This document shows positions 29,182 to 37,016 of a stretch of 37,016 nt of DNA, in pieces. Source of the DNA: a virus (Duplodnaviria > Caudoviricetes). Position numbers and translations under genes: made by a program. The stretch's first letter is position 1. Every line of letters begins with the position of its first letter. The stretch lies in the IMG/VR virus record IMGVR_UViG_3300025132_000119, positions 1-37,016 of that record; one strand, given 5' to 3'. The notes under the pieces are model-generated. The model searched no databases. It was not told where the DNA came from and worked only from the letters and a program-made list of their open reading frames with translations.

Positions 29182-30846
29182 TTAATATCCAAATGTTGAG
29201 TCTGAGGGTTGATAAGACTTTTCTAGTTTTAATTGTCTCATTCTATCTAAGGGGTTACTCATTCTAGGTCTAGACATAATTAAATATCTAAGAGCATCAT
29301 AAGCATGATCAGAAGCTTTTGTATCTACATCTTCTGGATTTGATTTATCCAGAGGAATACTTTGAAGTTCTCGTATCAGATTAGGACAAGTATTAAATAT
29401 TTGTAATCGTGGTCTTCCGCTTGGAGTAATCTTCAAGTATTCATGGATTTGTATTTTGCCTTGAATACGATTTTTATCAGCCCTTCGTAGTTTATGACCT
29501 GCACGAACAAGTGTTTCACCTACTGTAGGACCAGTTGTTCCTGTTCTATTCCAACAGGCAGTATCAAGGACACCTGCAACTGAAAAAGGATCTGCTAGTT
29601 CCATATTAGTTATTAGATCTGCTAATTCTGTTCCTAATAGATTCTTTTGATATAGTTCTCTATATATTACTAATGTTCCATCACTAGGATCTACTGCACC
29701 CCAAACACAAGCTGATTCTGATGCATATCCATAGTCAATGCCTTTTACACGCTCCCAAGATATAGGTATATCAAAAGGAGTAACTACATGAACATTTCTA
29801 TCGAACTCTGTAAATGCTGCACCTTCTGCAACATCCCAGTTACCTTCTAGTAATTGTTGTCGTTGAGTTGGCGGCAATGCTTTCAGCATTTGCTCATATC
29901 TGCCATCTTCTGCTAGATATGGATTGTCATCTAACCTAGCAGGAATAAATCGCCTAGAAAGCCCATCAGAGCCTCTGTAAGCCAAGTTTGGAGGGTGAGG
30001 GTCTATATATCGCTTCTTGACCCAATACGACCCTACACCATCTGGGTTTGCCGTACAACGCATATACGGAACTATCTCAGGATCTGTCGTTCTTAAACGA
30101 GATGCTAAGTAGTTCCATGAAAATTCTGTAGGTAGATGTGTAATCTCATCAAAGCCTATCCATGAATATGCTTGACCTTGATAACGATACACATCTGCAT
30201 CTCTTTCCAAGAAACCAAACTCTATCTTTGCTCCGCTTGGAAAGTTCCAAAGCTTTTCTACTTCTCGGTACTTTGCACCCTTAAAAGCTTTGGGATATAA
30301 TTCTCTTGTCTTGTCTATGAGTTCTCTAAGTTCTGGCATAGACCTTCTTAGTATTAATGCTCTGTGTTTTGATTTATGAGCATATCGGAGTGGATCAACA
30401 ATCATTGCATATGATTTACCACCACCTGCTGCACCACCATACAATACATCTGTTTCGCCTGCAGCTAAGAAATCTTCTTGAGGACCTACATTAGCTTTGA
30501 ATATTACATTCTTGTCTGCTTCTTGACGTAAAGACTTAGGTAAGGCTGCAAGCTCTTCTTTGCTGAATACTCCATCTTCTTTTAGAGCTTCATTAGTTTT
30601 TTGTATAGATTTTTTATATCTATCTACTTTAGCTTGAGCACTTTTTAGTTTCTTTTGCTTTTCTCGTACTGATCGTTTTGCAGCCTGTTTAGCTTTTGTT
30701 TCTGAATGGTAATTATACCCTTTGCCCTTAGAACCTTTAGCTCTCCCTGTCTTTTTCTTGGGAGTTCCATCTTTCTTTAATATAAAGTTTCCTTCAGCAT
30801 CTGTAGCATAGTTCTCAGGATTTAATTCCCAATCTTCTTTATTCAA
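29182..30846 (-). CDS. terL: Terminase large subunit
   Basis: Walker A YGGAAGGGKS, Walker B IGFDEITH, TANP coupling motif, nuclease GIDYGY and DHAYDALRY. Confidence 0.95.
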   Translation of the reverse strand: MNKEDWELNPENYATDAEGNFILKKDGTPKKKTGRAKGSKGKGYNYHSETKAKQAAKRSVREKQKKLKSAQAKVDRYKKSIQKTNEALKEDGVFSKEELAALPKSLRQEADKNVIFKANVGPQEDFLAAGETDVLYGGAAGGGKSYAMIVDPLRYAHKSKHRALILRRSMPELRELIDKTRELYPKAFKGAKYREVEKLWNFPSGAKIEFGFLERDADVYRYQGQAYSWIGFDEITHLPTEFSWNYLASRLRTTDPEIVPYMRCTANPDGVGSYWVKKRYIDPHPPNLAYRGSDGLSRRFIPARLDDNPYLAEDGRYEQMLKALPPTQRQQLLEGNWDVAEGAAFTEFDRNVHVVTPFDIPISWERVKGIDYGYASESACVWGAVDPSDGTLVIYRELYQKNLLGTELADLITNMELADPFSVAGVLDTACWNRTGTTGPTVGETLVRAGHKLRRADKNRIQGKIQIHEYLKITPSGRPRLQIFNTCPNLIRELQSIPLDKSNPEDVDTKASDHAYDALRYLIMSRPRMSNPLDRMRQLKLEKSYQPSDSTFGY

Positions 30847-31078
30847 AGTTTCTTTTCTCTATTATCTTCTTTAAACCTACATGACTGATTGATCTTCCTG
30901 TCATGTGTGATAAATAAGCACTCCCATCTCTAAGTGATAAAGTTTTATCTTTTATCATGGGTACTATAGATTGTAATACTTCTAGTTCTTCTGGTATTTT
31001 ATCTAGCTTAGTATTATCTTCTTTGTTTAATTTATAACCAAATGGTATTGTACTACTCGACCTCTTCATAATCACCAT
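30839..31078 (-). CDS. Small DNA-binding protein (recombinase-domain/HTH-like)
   Basis: IPFGY..E..V....SLR..AYL..TGRSISHVGL. Confidence 0.6.
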   Translation of the reverse strand: MVIMKRSSSTIPFGYKLNKEDNTKLDKIPEELEVLQSIVPMIKDKTLSLRDGSAYLSHMTGRSISHVGLKKIIEKRNFE

Positions 31079-31451
31079 CTATAATTGTTTCTTTTTTAGT
31101 CGGTAATATAAACAATCCACTTGTATCATTTACATTCACATCTAGTGTATCTTTTTTACCCAATCCAACTCTATCTAGAATCGTTTGAGCTGCTTGTATT
31201 CTTACATTAGCTTGTGGTATTGGTTGCGTTGAGTCCATAATGTCTACAAGCTTCATAGCTGCTTTGGGTGCAGACTGTGCTAAGATGCCTGTAGCTATAT
31301 CAATAATCTCAGATCTTAAAGCTTTCACAACTGCAGGATAGCTAGATTCCGAATATCCTGCTAGTTGTGCAGCTTTTTTCGGATCACCTCCTGTAGTTGG
31401 TAAGTGTTTAAGGAATAGTTCTTGCTTCTCTGTAAGTTCTTTATTCTTCAT
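31053..31451 (-). CDS. terS: Terminase small subunit
   Basis: LTEKQELFL..AAQLAGYS HTH; AAQTILDRVG; first gene of packaging module. Confidence 0.8.
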   Translation of the reverse strand: MKNKELTEKQELFLKHLPTTGGDPKKAAQLAGYSESSYPAVVKALRSEIIDIATGILAQSAPKAAMKLVDIMDSTQPIPQANVRIQAAQTILDRVGLGKKDTLDVNVNDTSGLFILPTKKETIIDGDYEEVE

Positions 31452-31458
31452 ATCCTAT

Positions 31459-31487
31459 ATTATACACCTATATTATAAGTTTGTCAA
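31459..31487 (-). promoter_or_regulatory. Sigma70-type promoter for the terS operon
   Basis: TTGACA-17 nt-TATAAT, perfect consensus. Confidence 0.8.
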
Positions 31488-31516
31488 GTCTTATTCTAAA
31501 ATAATATAAAGAAAAC

Positions 31517-31545
31517 TTGACAAATTGCTAAATTAGATGTATAAT
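31517..31545 (+). promoter_or_regulatory. Sigma70-type promoter, divergent
   Basis: TTGACA-17 nt-TATAAT, perfect consensus. Confidence 0.8.
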
Positions 31546-31726
31546 AGATATTAGTGTCCCCCCCGTTATATAGTTATATCACTCATCCTACCTTATTTGT
31601 CTCCAACCCCTCCCCTTTGAAGCACTTTAAAGTCTGCGACTCAATCTGGTTTACAATTGATTTTGGCTCAAAATGTATAAGATTTAATATATATAGGGGG
31701 GGTGGGGGGTGGCAACCTGCCCCCAT

Positions 31727-32140
31727 AACTTTAAAGACTCTAAAGAGTCTTAAAAGTTCTATAAATTTATTAGACTTTTAGTCTAATAAATTACACACAC
31801 ACGCTTTGAAGACTTTTAAAGTCTTCGGAGACTTCAAAGCTGTAAACCTAGTTTACAGTTTGAGAGATTTCTAAGTCTTTAAAGAAACTAAGAGTTTCTT
31901 TAATATTTACTTATAAGTCTCAAAGACTTATAAGAATTTTAATCGTAGATTAAATAGGGCTAGGAAGCTTCAAAAACTTCGAAATTCAAAAAGGTTTTAA
32001 AGTTTCTAAAAGAAACTTTAAAACCTTTTTGGGCTAGGTATTCTCTCTTGAATTATGTGAAAATGATAAAAAAACTAATAAGACCTAAAGGGATTATTAG
32101 TTTTTTTATCTTTATTTTCACAATTCAAGGAGAATACCTA
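31727..32140. repeat. Array of short-loop inverted repeats
   Basis: About 10 consecutive hairpins, e.g. TTTATTAGACT-TTT-AGTCTAATAAA and CTTATAAGTCT-CAA-AGACTTATAAG. Confidence 0.9.
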
Positions 32141-32541
32141 TGGCTGACTTTTCAAACATCGACTCAAATCGAATTGCTTCGAAGAAGCAAATCTGGGCTG
32201 TAGCAAATAGATTTGCTACCTTGACAGCTTCTGACAAATCTGAAAGATTTGGCAAAGTGAAAGTTTTCAACGCAATTTTAAACTCTTTACATGGTAAAGA
32301 GTGTAAATTGACTCATGGCGACATTCAAAAGTATTTTGAATGTGAAGTTGTGCCAAAAGAAATTTTGGCAAGAGTTCAAAAGCCTTCTTCGAAGGCTTCA
32401 AAAGCTAAAAAGGTTTCTTCGAAACCTGTTGCCAAGAAAACTGTAGCAAAGAAGGTTTCAAAGAAACCTACTTTGACAAATCGAGTAGACTCTTTAGAGT
32501 CTAAACTTGACCAAATCTTAGAAGCTTTAGCTTCTAAGTAA
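32140..32541 (+). CDS. First early gene; basic protein with Lys/Ala-rich linker and C-terminal coiled coil
   Basis: AAGGAG RBS; ASKKQIWA; AKK repeats; RVDSLESKLDQIL. Confidence 0.8.
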   Translation: MADFSNIDSNRIASKKQIWAVANRFATLTASDKSERFGKVKVFNAILNSLHGKECKLTHGDIQKYFECEVVPKEILARVQKPSSKASKAKKVSSKPVAKKTVAKKVSKKPTLTNRVDSLESKLDQILEALASK

Positions 32542-32546
32542 CCTTC

Positions 32547-32593
32547 AAAGCCTAGTAGATATTTATTATCTACTAGGCTTTTTTATTTTTTTT
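32547..32593 (+). terminator. Rho-independent terminator
   Basis: AAAGCCTAGTAGATA..TATCTACTAGGCTTT followed by T-run. Confidence 0.85.
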
Positions 32594-32682
32594 TATTAAT
32601 TTATACACAAAAATGTTTTGATAGGCTTGTATAATATATATTTCTATATTATAATCTTATAAACTTTGATGGAGTTTTAAAT

Positions 32683-32904
32683 ATGAAATATAATACTGAT
32701 GATAGATTAATGATCCATGTTGATAATGAAATCCCTAGAATAGGATCTGGATATAGAATAGTTGATATAGCTCAGATGGGTTGGAAGTGGGTTAAATTAA
32801 AATCTATTCATGATGATCCTAGATTGATCTCCACCCAAAAGATCAAGAGATCTGTATGGGATAAGATTAAAGTAATCAAACAGTTAGGCGGTGATAATGT
32901 ATAA
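32683..32904 (+). CDS. Hypothetical early protein
   Basis: GGAG RBS; PRIGSGYR..GWKWVKL. Confidence 0.75.
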   Translation: MKYNTDDRLMIHVDNEIPRIGSGYRIVDIAQMGWKWVKLKSIHDDPRLISTQKIKRSVWDKIKVIKQLGGDNV

Positions 32905-33016
32905 ATCTGAAAAATTAGAAAAAGTAAATAGTTTATCTAGGTCTGAAACTAAAAGACAAAAGAAAAGAATTAGATCAAAAGCTAGACAGCAATACAAAAA
33001 ACTTTGTAATCAATAA
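32897..33016 (+). CDS. 39-aa basic hypothetical protein (not in ORF track)
   Basis: MYKSEKLEK...KKLCNQ*; overlaps previous stop; GGCGGTG upstream. Confidence 0.55.
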   Translation: MYKSEKLEKVNSLSRSETKRQKKRIRSKARQQYKKLCNQ

Positions 33017-33039
33017 CTTAACTTTGAGGATATAATATT

Positions 33040-33219
33040 ATGAGAGAACTTATTGAGCTTATGGAAAAATCAAAAGCTGAAAGCCTTGAAAGACAGAGAG
33101 TTTATCTAACTGATTTTATGTTAGACTTAGCTTCGCATCAAGATGAGAATAATAATCCTTTAGATATATTAATTGCCGTTGAACAAGAGCATCAAGATAC
33201 TGAATGGGATTTTGATTAA
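33040..33219 (+). CDS. 59-aa acidic hypothetical protein (not in ORF track)
   Basis: GAGGA RBS; MRELIELMEK...DTEWDFD*. Confidence 0.65.
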   Translation: MRELIELMEKSKAESLERQRVYLTDFMLDLASHQDENNNPLDILIAVEQEHQDTEWDFD

Positions 33220-33267
33220 TAACAAATAAATAATAATAATAATAAATAATTAATATATTTTAATTAA

Positions 33268-33303
33268 TTTTTAAAACACATTCACTTGTGAATGTTTTAA
33301 AAA
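33268..33303. repeat. 36-bp near-palindromic element, copy 1
   Basis: TTTTTAAAACACATTCACTTGTGAATGTTTTAAAAA, identical to 35470-35505. Confidence 0.9.
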
Positions 33304-33322
33304 TTAATTAATTATAAATGTT

Positions 33323-33538
33323 GTGATGGAGTCCGATATGGCAAATGCAGATAAGTTAGCGAATGTTACACATATTAGATATGAGCCTTTTTTTGGTGGT
33401 AGTACAATAGTTATGACTATAGATGATGCTAGAGATCAATTTGGTTGTCTAGTAGAGGCTTTGCAAGGTTATTGTTCTGATGGTGCAGTATTTGCAATGG
33501 ATAAAAATGGTGAAGATATATTTATTGAGTGGGAGTAA
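33323..33538 (+). CDS. Hypothetical early protein (start possibly 33338)
   Basis: ORF; GGAG precedes the ATG of MANADK. Confidence 0.65.
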   Translation: MMESDMANADKLANVTHIRYEPFFGGSTIVMTIDDARDQFGCLVEALQGYCSDGAVFAMDKNGEDIFIEWE

Positions 33539-33544
33539 TAGATT

Positions 33545-34159
33545 ATGTATAACAATCATGCGATAAAATGCCAAGAATATGCTATGCAATCCGCAGATAA
33601 TTTGATGAATGTTGCTATGCTAGTTAGTGTTAGCATACAACAGAATTGGTTGTCATGTGGTGATCAGCTAAAAGATGTCAAGGAAAATGGTATTAATTCC
33701 AAGTTTTTGTGGGGAGTTAAATCAAAGACTTATAAGTACTTGAATTCTAATAAGCATAAGTTATATAGCCAAGTGTTAGCTATATCGAATAGTTACAAAT
33801 CAGATGATGCTAAAGCATATAGTCTTATGAAAGTATTTCTAAGAATTGATGGACTAGCTTTAGTTAAAGCGGGATTTTTGTGTCAATTGACTATGGGATT
33901 AGTTGGCTGTATGGATATTCATAATATTAGAATGTATGAGATAGATCCTAAGACACTTGTCTTAAATAAAAATGTTAAGACTATCAAGGGTTTAGAGTCT
34001 AACAAACAAAAGATTGAAAATTATATTAAACTATGTCATAAGTATGGCACTGAAAATTTATGGAATGATTGGTGTAACAATCTAGCTACTAAGTCTAAGA
34101 GTTGGAGAGACGGCAATCATGTTTCGGAAGTTCACATTAACTATCTATTGGGAGTATAG
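33545..34159 (+). CDS. Putative HhH-GPD DNA glycosylase-fold protein
   Basis: IDGLALVKAGF (HhH-like) followed by GCMDIHN (Asp-x-His). Confidence 0.5.
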   Translation: MYNNHAIKCQEYAMQSADNLMNVAMLVSVSIQQNWLSCGDQLKDVKENGINSKFLWGVKSKTYKYLNSNKHKLYSQVLAISNSYKSDDAKAYSLMKVFLRIDGLALVKAGFLCQLTMGLVGCMDIHNIRMYEIDPKTLVLNKNVKTIKGLESNKQKIENYIKLCHKYGTENLWNDWCNNLATKSKSWRDGNHVSEVHINYLLGV

Positions 34160-34164
34160 ATGAT

Positions 34165-34485
34165 ATGACAATTAACTATTGGATAAGTAGGGATAAAGTA
34201 GATGACTGTTTTGTATTAACAACAGATGCACCACACTTGACTTTACTATTTGAAAACTTTGAAGAGTTATCTTTTTCTACCAAAGAAAAGGTTTGGGAAT
34301 TTATTACAACTCAGCGACAATTTTATAAGAAGTGTGAACACACTATAACATGGAGAGCAGATGATCCAAAAGATGATGATCTTTATGATGTGGACTATGA
34401 AAAGGGTATTGATTTGGCATATCAACCACAACTAGACCATGTAGCACTTAAATGTTTAAAGGAGAGAGATAATGATAAGCGATAA
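34165..34485 (+). CDS. Hypothetical early protein
   Basis: GGAG RBS; operon spacing. Confidence 0.7.
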   Translation: MTINYWISRDKVDDCFVLTTDAPHLTLLFENFEELSFSTKEKVWEFITTQRQFYKKCEHTITWRADDPKDDDLYDVDYEKGIDLAYQPQLDHVALKCLKERDNDKR

Positions 34486-34801
34486 TCAAAGATTATTAGT
34501 AGCAAGAGAATTAAAATTAAATGAATTAAAAACTAATACTACAGATTATATTGTAGTAGGTGATACTATTGGTGATAAAACTATTACTGAAATATGGTGT
34601 ACTAGTATTGGCACTGTTCAGTTTAGTATTGATAATGATGGTTTGTTCTTATCATATCCAGAACTAATAAACTTAATAAAGATAGAAGAAATAAATAAAA
34701 GCGAGGAAGAACAACAAGATGAAGATTATTTGGAAGGTGTCGTGGCAGAAGAAGAATATGAAACAATGAGACAAATTGCAATGGATAATGGAGAACTATA
34801 A
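34472..34801 (+). CDS. Hypothetical acidic early protein
   Basis: AAGGAG RBS; N-terminal RLLVAREL shared with 34927..35223. Confidence 0.7.
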   Translation: MISDNQRLLVARELKLNELKTNTTDYIVVGDTIGDKTITEIWCTSIGTVQFSIDNDGLFLSYPELINLIKIEEINKSEEEQQDEDYLEGVVAEEEYETMRQIAMDNGEL

Positions 34802-34802
34802 T

Positions 34803-34940
34803 ATGAGTGGATATATATTATGGGTAAATAGTATTGATCATTATTATGATACCTATGAAGAAGCCTACGATGCTTCATTTGAATGGTTTAATAAAGGTTT
34901 TGACGATGTAACTATTGAGGAGATAAATGATGCAAGGTGA
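34803..34940 (+). CDS. 45-aa hypothetical protein (not in ORF track)
   Basis: MSGYILWVN..YDTYEEAY..W..KGFDDVTIEEI; GGAG RBS; fills the gap between neighbours. Confidence 0.65.
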   Translation: MSGYILWVNSIDHYYDTYEEAYDASFEWFNKGFDDVTIEEINDAR

Positions 34941-35223
34941 TTATAGATTATTAGTAGCAAGAGAGTTATTTGATGGTTTAGATACAGCAACAGTAGATAT
35001 ACTTGAGTTTAATTTTCCGTATGCTAAGATTAAAGCGACGATACAAACTTTTCGTGGTGATTTCTTTGAACAGTTTACTAAGTTAGATAGCTTTCATGTT
35101 CGTGATATGCATAACTTATCTAATGATGGTGAAAAAGTATGGCACATGGAAATAAAATTTAATAAACTTTTTGAAGAAGATATTAAAAACTTTAAAGATA
35201 AATATATTGGAGAAGGATCATGA
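34927..35223 (+). CDS. Hypothetical early protein
   Basis: GAGGAG RBS. Confidence 0.7.
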   Translation: MMQGDYRLLVARELFDGLDTATVDILEFNFPYAKIKATIQTFRGDFFEQFTKLDSFHVRDMHNLSNDGEKVWHMEIKFNKLFEEDIKNFKDKYIGEGS

Positions 35224-35450
35224 AAACATATATCCATGTAAATCAACACATTATTAAATCTAATTTAAAGAATGGTGAAAATAAACCTGCGATTACAGTA
35301 AAGACAAGTAAATCAAATACTTACTGTCATAAAGCTATAGTCAAGGGTGAGGTAGAAGTTATACAATCTACTACTGATAAACCTATATTATCTTGTGGTG
35401 CTAGAATAGTTATGGTAACACATGATGAAGTTGAAACAATTATATATTAA
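35220..35450 (+). CDS. Hypothetical phage protein
   Basis: IHVNQH.I..N...PAITVK..NTY..KP.LSCGAR; ATGA coupling. Confidence 0.75.
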   Translation: MKTYIHVNQHIIKSNLKNGENKPAITVKTSKSNTYCHKAIVKGEVEVIQSTTDKPILSCGARIVMVTHDEVETIIY

Positions 35451-35469
35451 TTATTAAATACCTTATAAG

Positions 35470-35505
35470 TTTTTAAAACACATTCACTTGTGAATGTTTT
35501 AAAAA
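35470..35505. repeat. 36-bp near-palindromic element, copy 2
   Basis: Identical to 33268-33303. Confidence 0.9.
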
Positions 35506-35652
35506 CTTAATAAGGTATGATTGTTGTTGTTACGAGTAGGGAATAGAAATACTAGAGGATTACAGCGTAAATCTAGGGCTTCTGAGCCGTATCCAAGCTG
35601 TGAAAGTAACAAGGCTCTTTGGTAGTTTAAGCCTTCAAACCGAAACTACCGC

Positions 35653-35681
35653 TTGACTTTTGTTTTAAATTATGATATAAT
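35653..35681 (+). promoter_or_regulatory. Sigma70-type promoter
   Basis: TTGACT-17 nt-TATAAT with extended -10 TG. Confidence 0.75.
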
Positions 35682-35704
35682 ACCTTTTAAATTATTTAAA
35701 TTTC

Positions 35705-35998
35705 TTGGAGAATATTATGAAAAATGTTATTTATTTTGTACCAAATGTATTAATAAGTGTATTAGTTTTTATATTCTTTAAACTTAATAAGTTTAAAAGA
35801 AATAAAAATAAAATGTTTGGAAGATCATTTATTATTCGTAAGCGTAAAAACTTACAAAGAAAATTTAGTTTTACAAAAGGCGAATGTTTTTATGTTATGC
35901 ACATAGGATTGTGGGCTATTAATATGGAACATAAACAAGGAAGATCAGTTAGTTTTAAAAGTATTAAAGATGATGAAGGCAAAGAAACAATAGATTAA
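35705..35998 (+). CDS. Basic hypothetical protein with hydrophobic N-terminus (start likely 35717)
   Basis: GGAG precedes the ATG of MKNVIYF. Confidence 0.6.
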   Translation: MENIMKNVIYFVPNVLISVLVFIFFKLNKFKRNKNKMFGRSFIIRKRKNLQRKFSFTKGECFYVMHIGLWAINMEHKQGRSVSFKSIKDDEGKETID

Positions 35999-36031
35999 TT
36001 TAAATTAACCCTTAACCAAAAGGAAAATATT

Positions 36032-36988
36032 ATGACTAATGTAACTAATATGTTTACAAACAATGAAGATGTAAGTGTGTTAAGAAATAATGGCTATGGC
36101 TCTGCTAATTTTAATATAGCTACCACACCATTAATGTATGATACAGGTACAGATACATTAAATATCAGTAAGAAAAAAGTTATATATCGTACAGATACTG
36201 GTGTTGAGCTAGGTGTTCATGGTAAAAATTATAAAGCAGTAGCACCTAAACACATGATAGATACTACTAGAAGTATCTTAGAAAGATCCGACTTAAATCT
36301 TACTAATGTTACTGAAGATATTGCAACATCTCATGATGGTAGCAGAACTTTTGTTAGATACAATATGCCTACTCATGAATATACTACTCCAGATGGAGAC
36401 ACTGCTTCACTTCAGTTGTTAGCAACTACTTCATTTGATAGTACTTTTCCATTCTTAATTAGTGTTGGTGCATTACAAAATGCTTGCTTGAATACTCAGA
36501 TATTTACTGACGGCACAGTATGTTTGTTTAAATCTAAACATACACAAGGGTTAGATATTAATCATGGTGCTAGTGTTATATCAAAAGCTTTAGATGTATT
36601 TGAAAGCGAGCGAGAACTATGGACTAAATGGCACAATACTTCTGCTATTACTTGGGAAGTGTTTGAAATATTTGCTAGAACAGTTGGTTGGAAATCTGCT
36701 TTACCACATATTGCATCATGGACAGGTGAAGGTACTTTATATAATCATGTTTCAAGTGAAGTTCCAATGAATAAAAACTTTCAATACTTATGGAAAGTTT
36801 ATAAAGAAATATATTCTAAAAAATTAGGTAATAACTTTTGGGCAGTTTACAATGCTCTTACGGACTGGTCTAGTCATGCACCAATAGGCAAAAGACAAGA
36901 CCCTAAGAATATTGCATCTGTATTAAATCGAAGACAACAGACTGTAAGAGATACTATCAGTCGAGTAGATTGGGGGATAGCAGTATGA
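36032..36988 (+). CDS. DUF932/DUF945-family protein
   Basis: LGVHG..Y, SFDST, ACLN, KHT, WAVYNALTDW motifs. Confidence 0.8.
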   Translation: MTNVTNMFTNNEDVSVLRNNGYGSANFNIATTPLMYDTGTDTLNISKKKVIYRTDTGVELGVHGKNYKAVAPKHMIDTTRSILERSDLNLTNVTEDIATSHDGSRTFVRYNMPTHEYTTPDGDTASLQLLATTSFDSTFPFLISVGALQNACLNTQIFTDGTVCLFKSKHTQGLDINHGASVISKALDVFESERELWTKWHNTSAITWEVFEIFARTVGWKSALPHIASWTGEGTLYNHVSSEVPMNKNFQYLWKVYKEIYSKKLGNNFWAVYNALTDWSSHAPIGKRQDPKNIASVLNRRQQTVRDTISRVDWGIAV

Positions 36989-37016
36989 CATTTAAATTAT
37001 TTAATAAAACATTAGC

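Noticed and set aside
31554-31781. 75-aa ORF downstream of the rightward promoter
   Set aside because: GTG start without RBS, and it runs through the G-tract and hairpins; likely non-coding
31727-32538. CRISPR array or MITE interpretation of the hairpins
   Set aside because: No identical direct repeats with regular spacers, no target-site duplication and no cas genes
33217-33267. (AAT)n low-complexity tract as a replication origin
   Set aside because: AT-richness alone is insufficient evidence
35527-35650. Hammerhead, twister, pistol or tRNA call
   Set aside because: Core consensus sequences (e.g. CUGANGA, T-loop GTTC) are not present

Overview
AT-rich segment of a tailed dsDNA phage (podovirus-like architecture, probably marine); no integrase, tRNA or CRISPR was seen. 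It starts with the 3' end of a class II (B12-dependent) ribonucleotide reductase on +. A ~31 kb minus-strand late operon converges on it: TerS, TerL, portal, ART-fused protease candidate, scaffold, major capsid, adaptor, nozzle, tail proteins, ejection proteins, a 2561-aa polyvalent protein, membrane/secreted proteins and a cluster of small basic proteins. Back-to-back sigma70 promoters, a G-tract and a dense hairpin array precede a plus-strand block of small early genes ending in a DUF932 gene. Highlights: (1) a glnA-type glutamine riboswitch upstream of an unannotated 36-aa YRG (DUF4278-like) peptide; (2) an R-x5-G-[G/S] motif found 14 times exactly plus 4 variants in six late proteins, falling at domain boundaries of the giant protein and suggesting a processing or packaging tag system; (3) a structured leader upstream of the scaffold gene; (4) about 20 short-loop hairpins that run into the first early gene. 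Family calls come from motif recognition by eye, not database searches.
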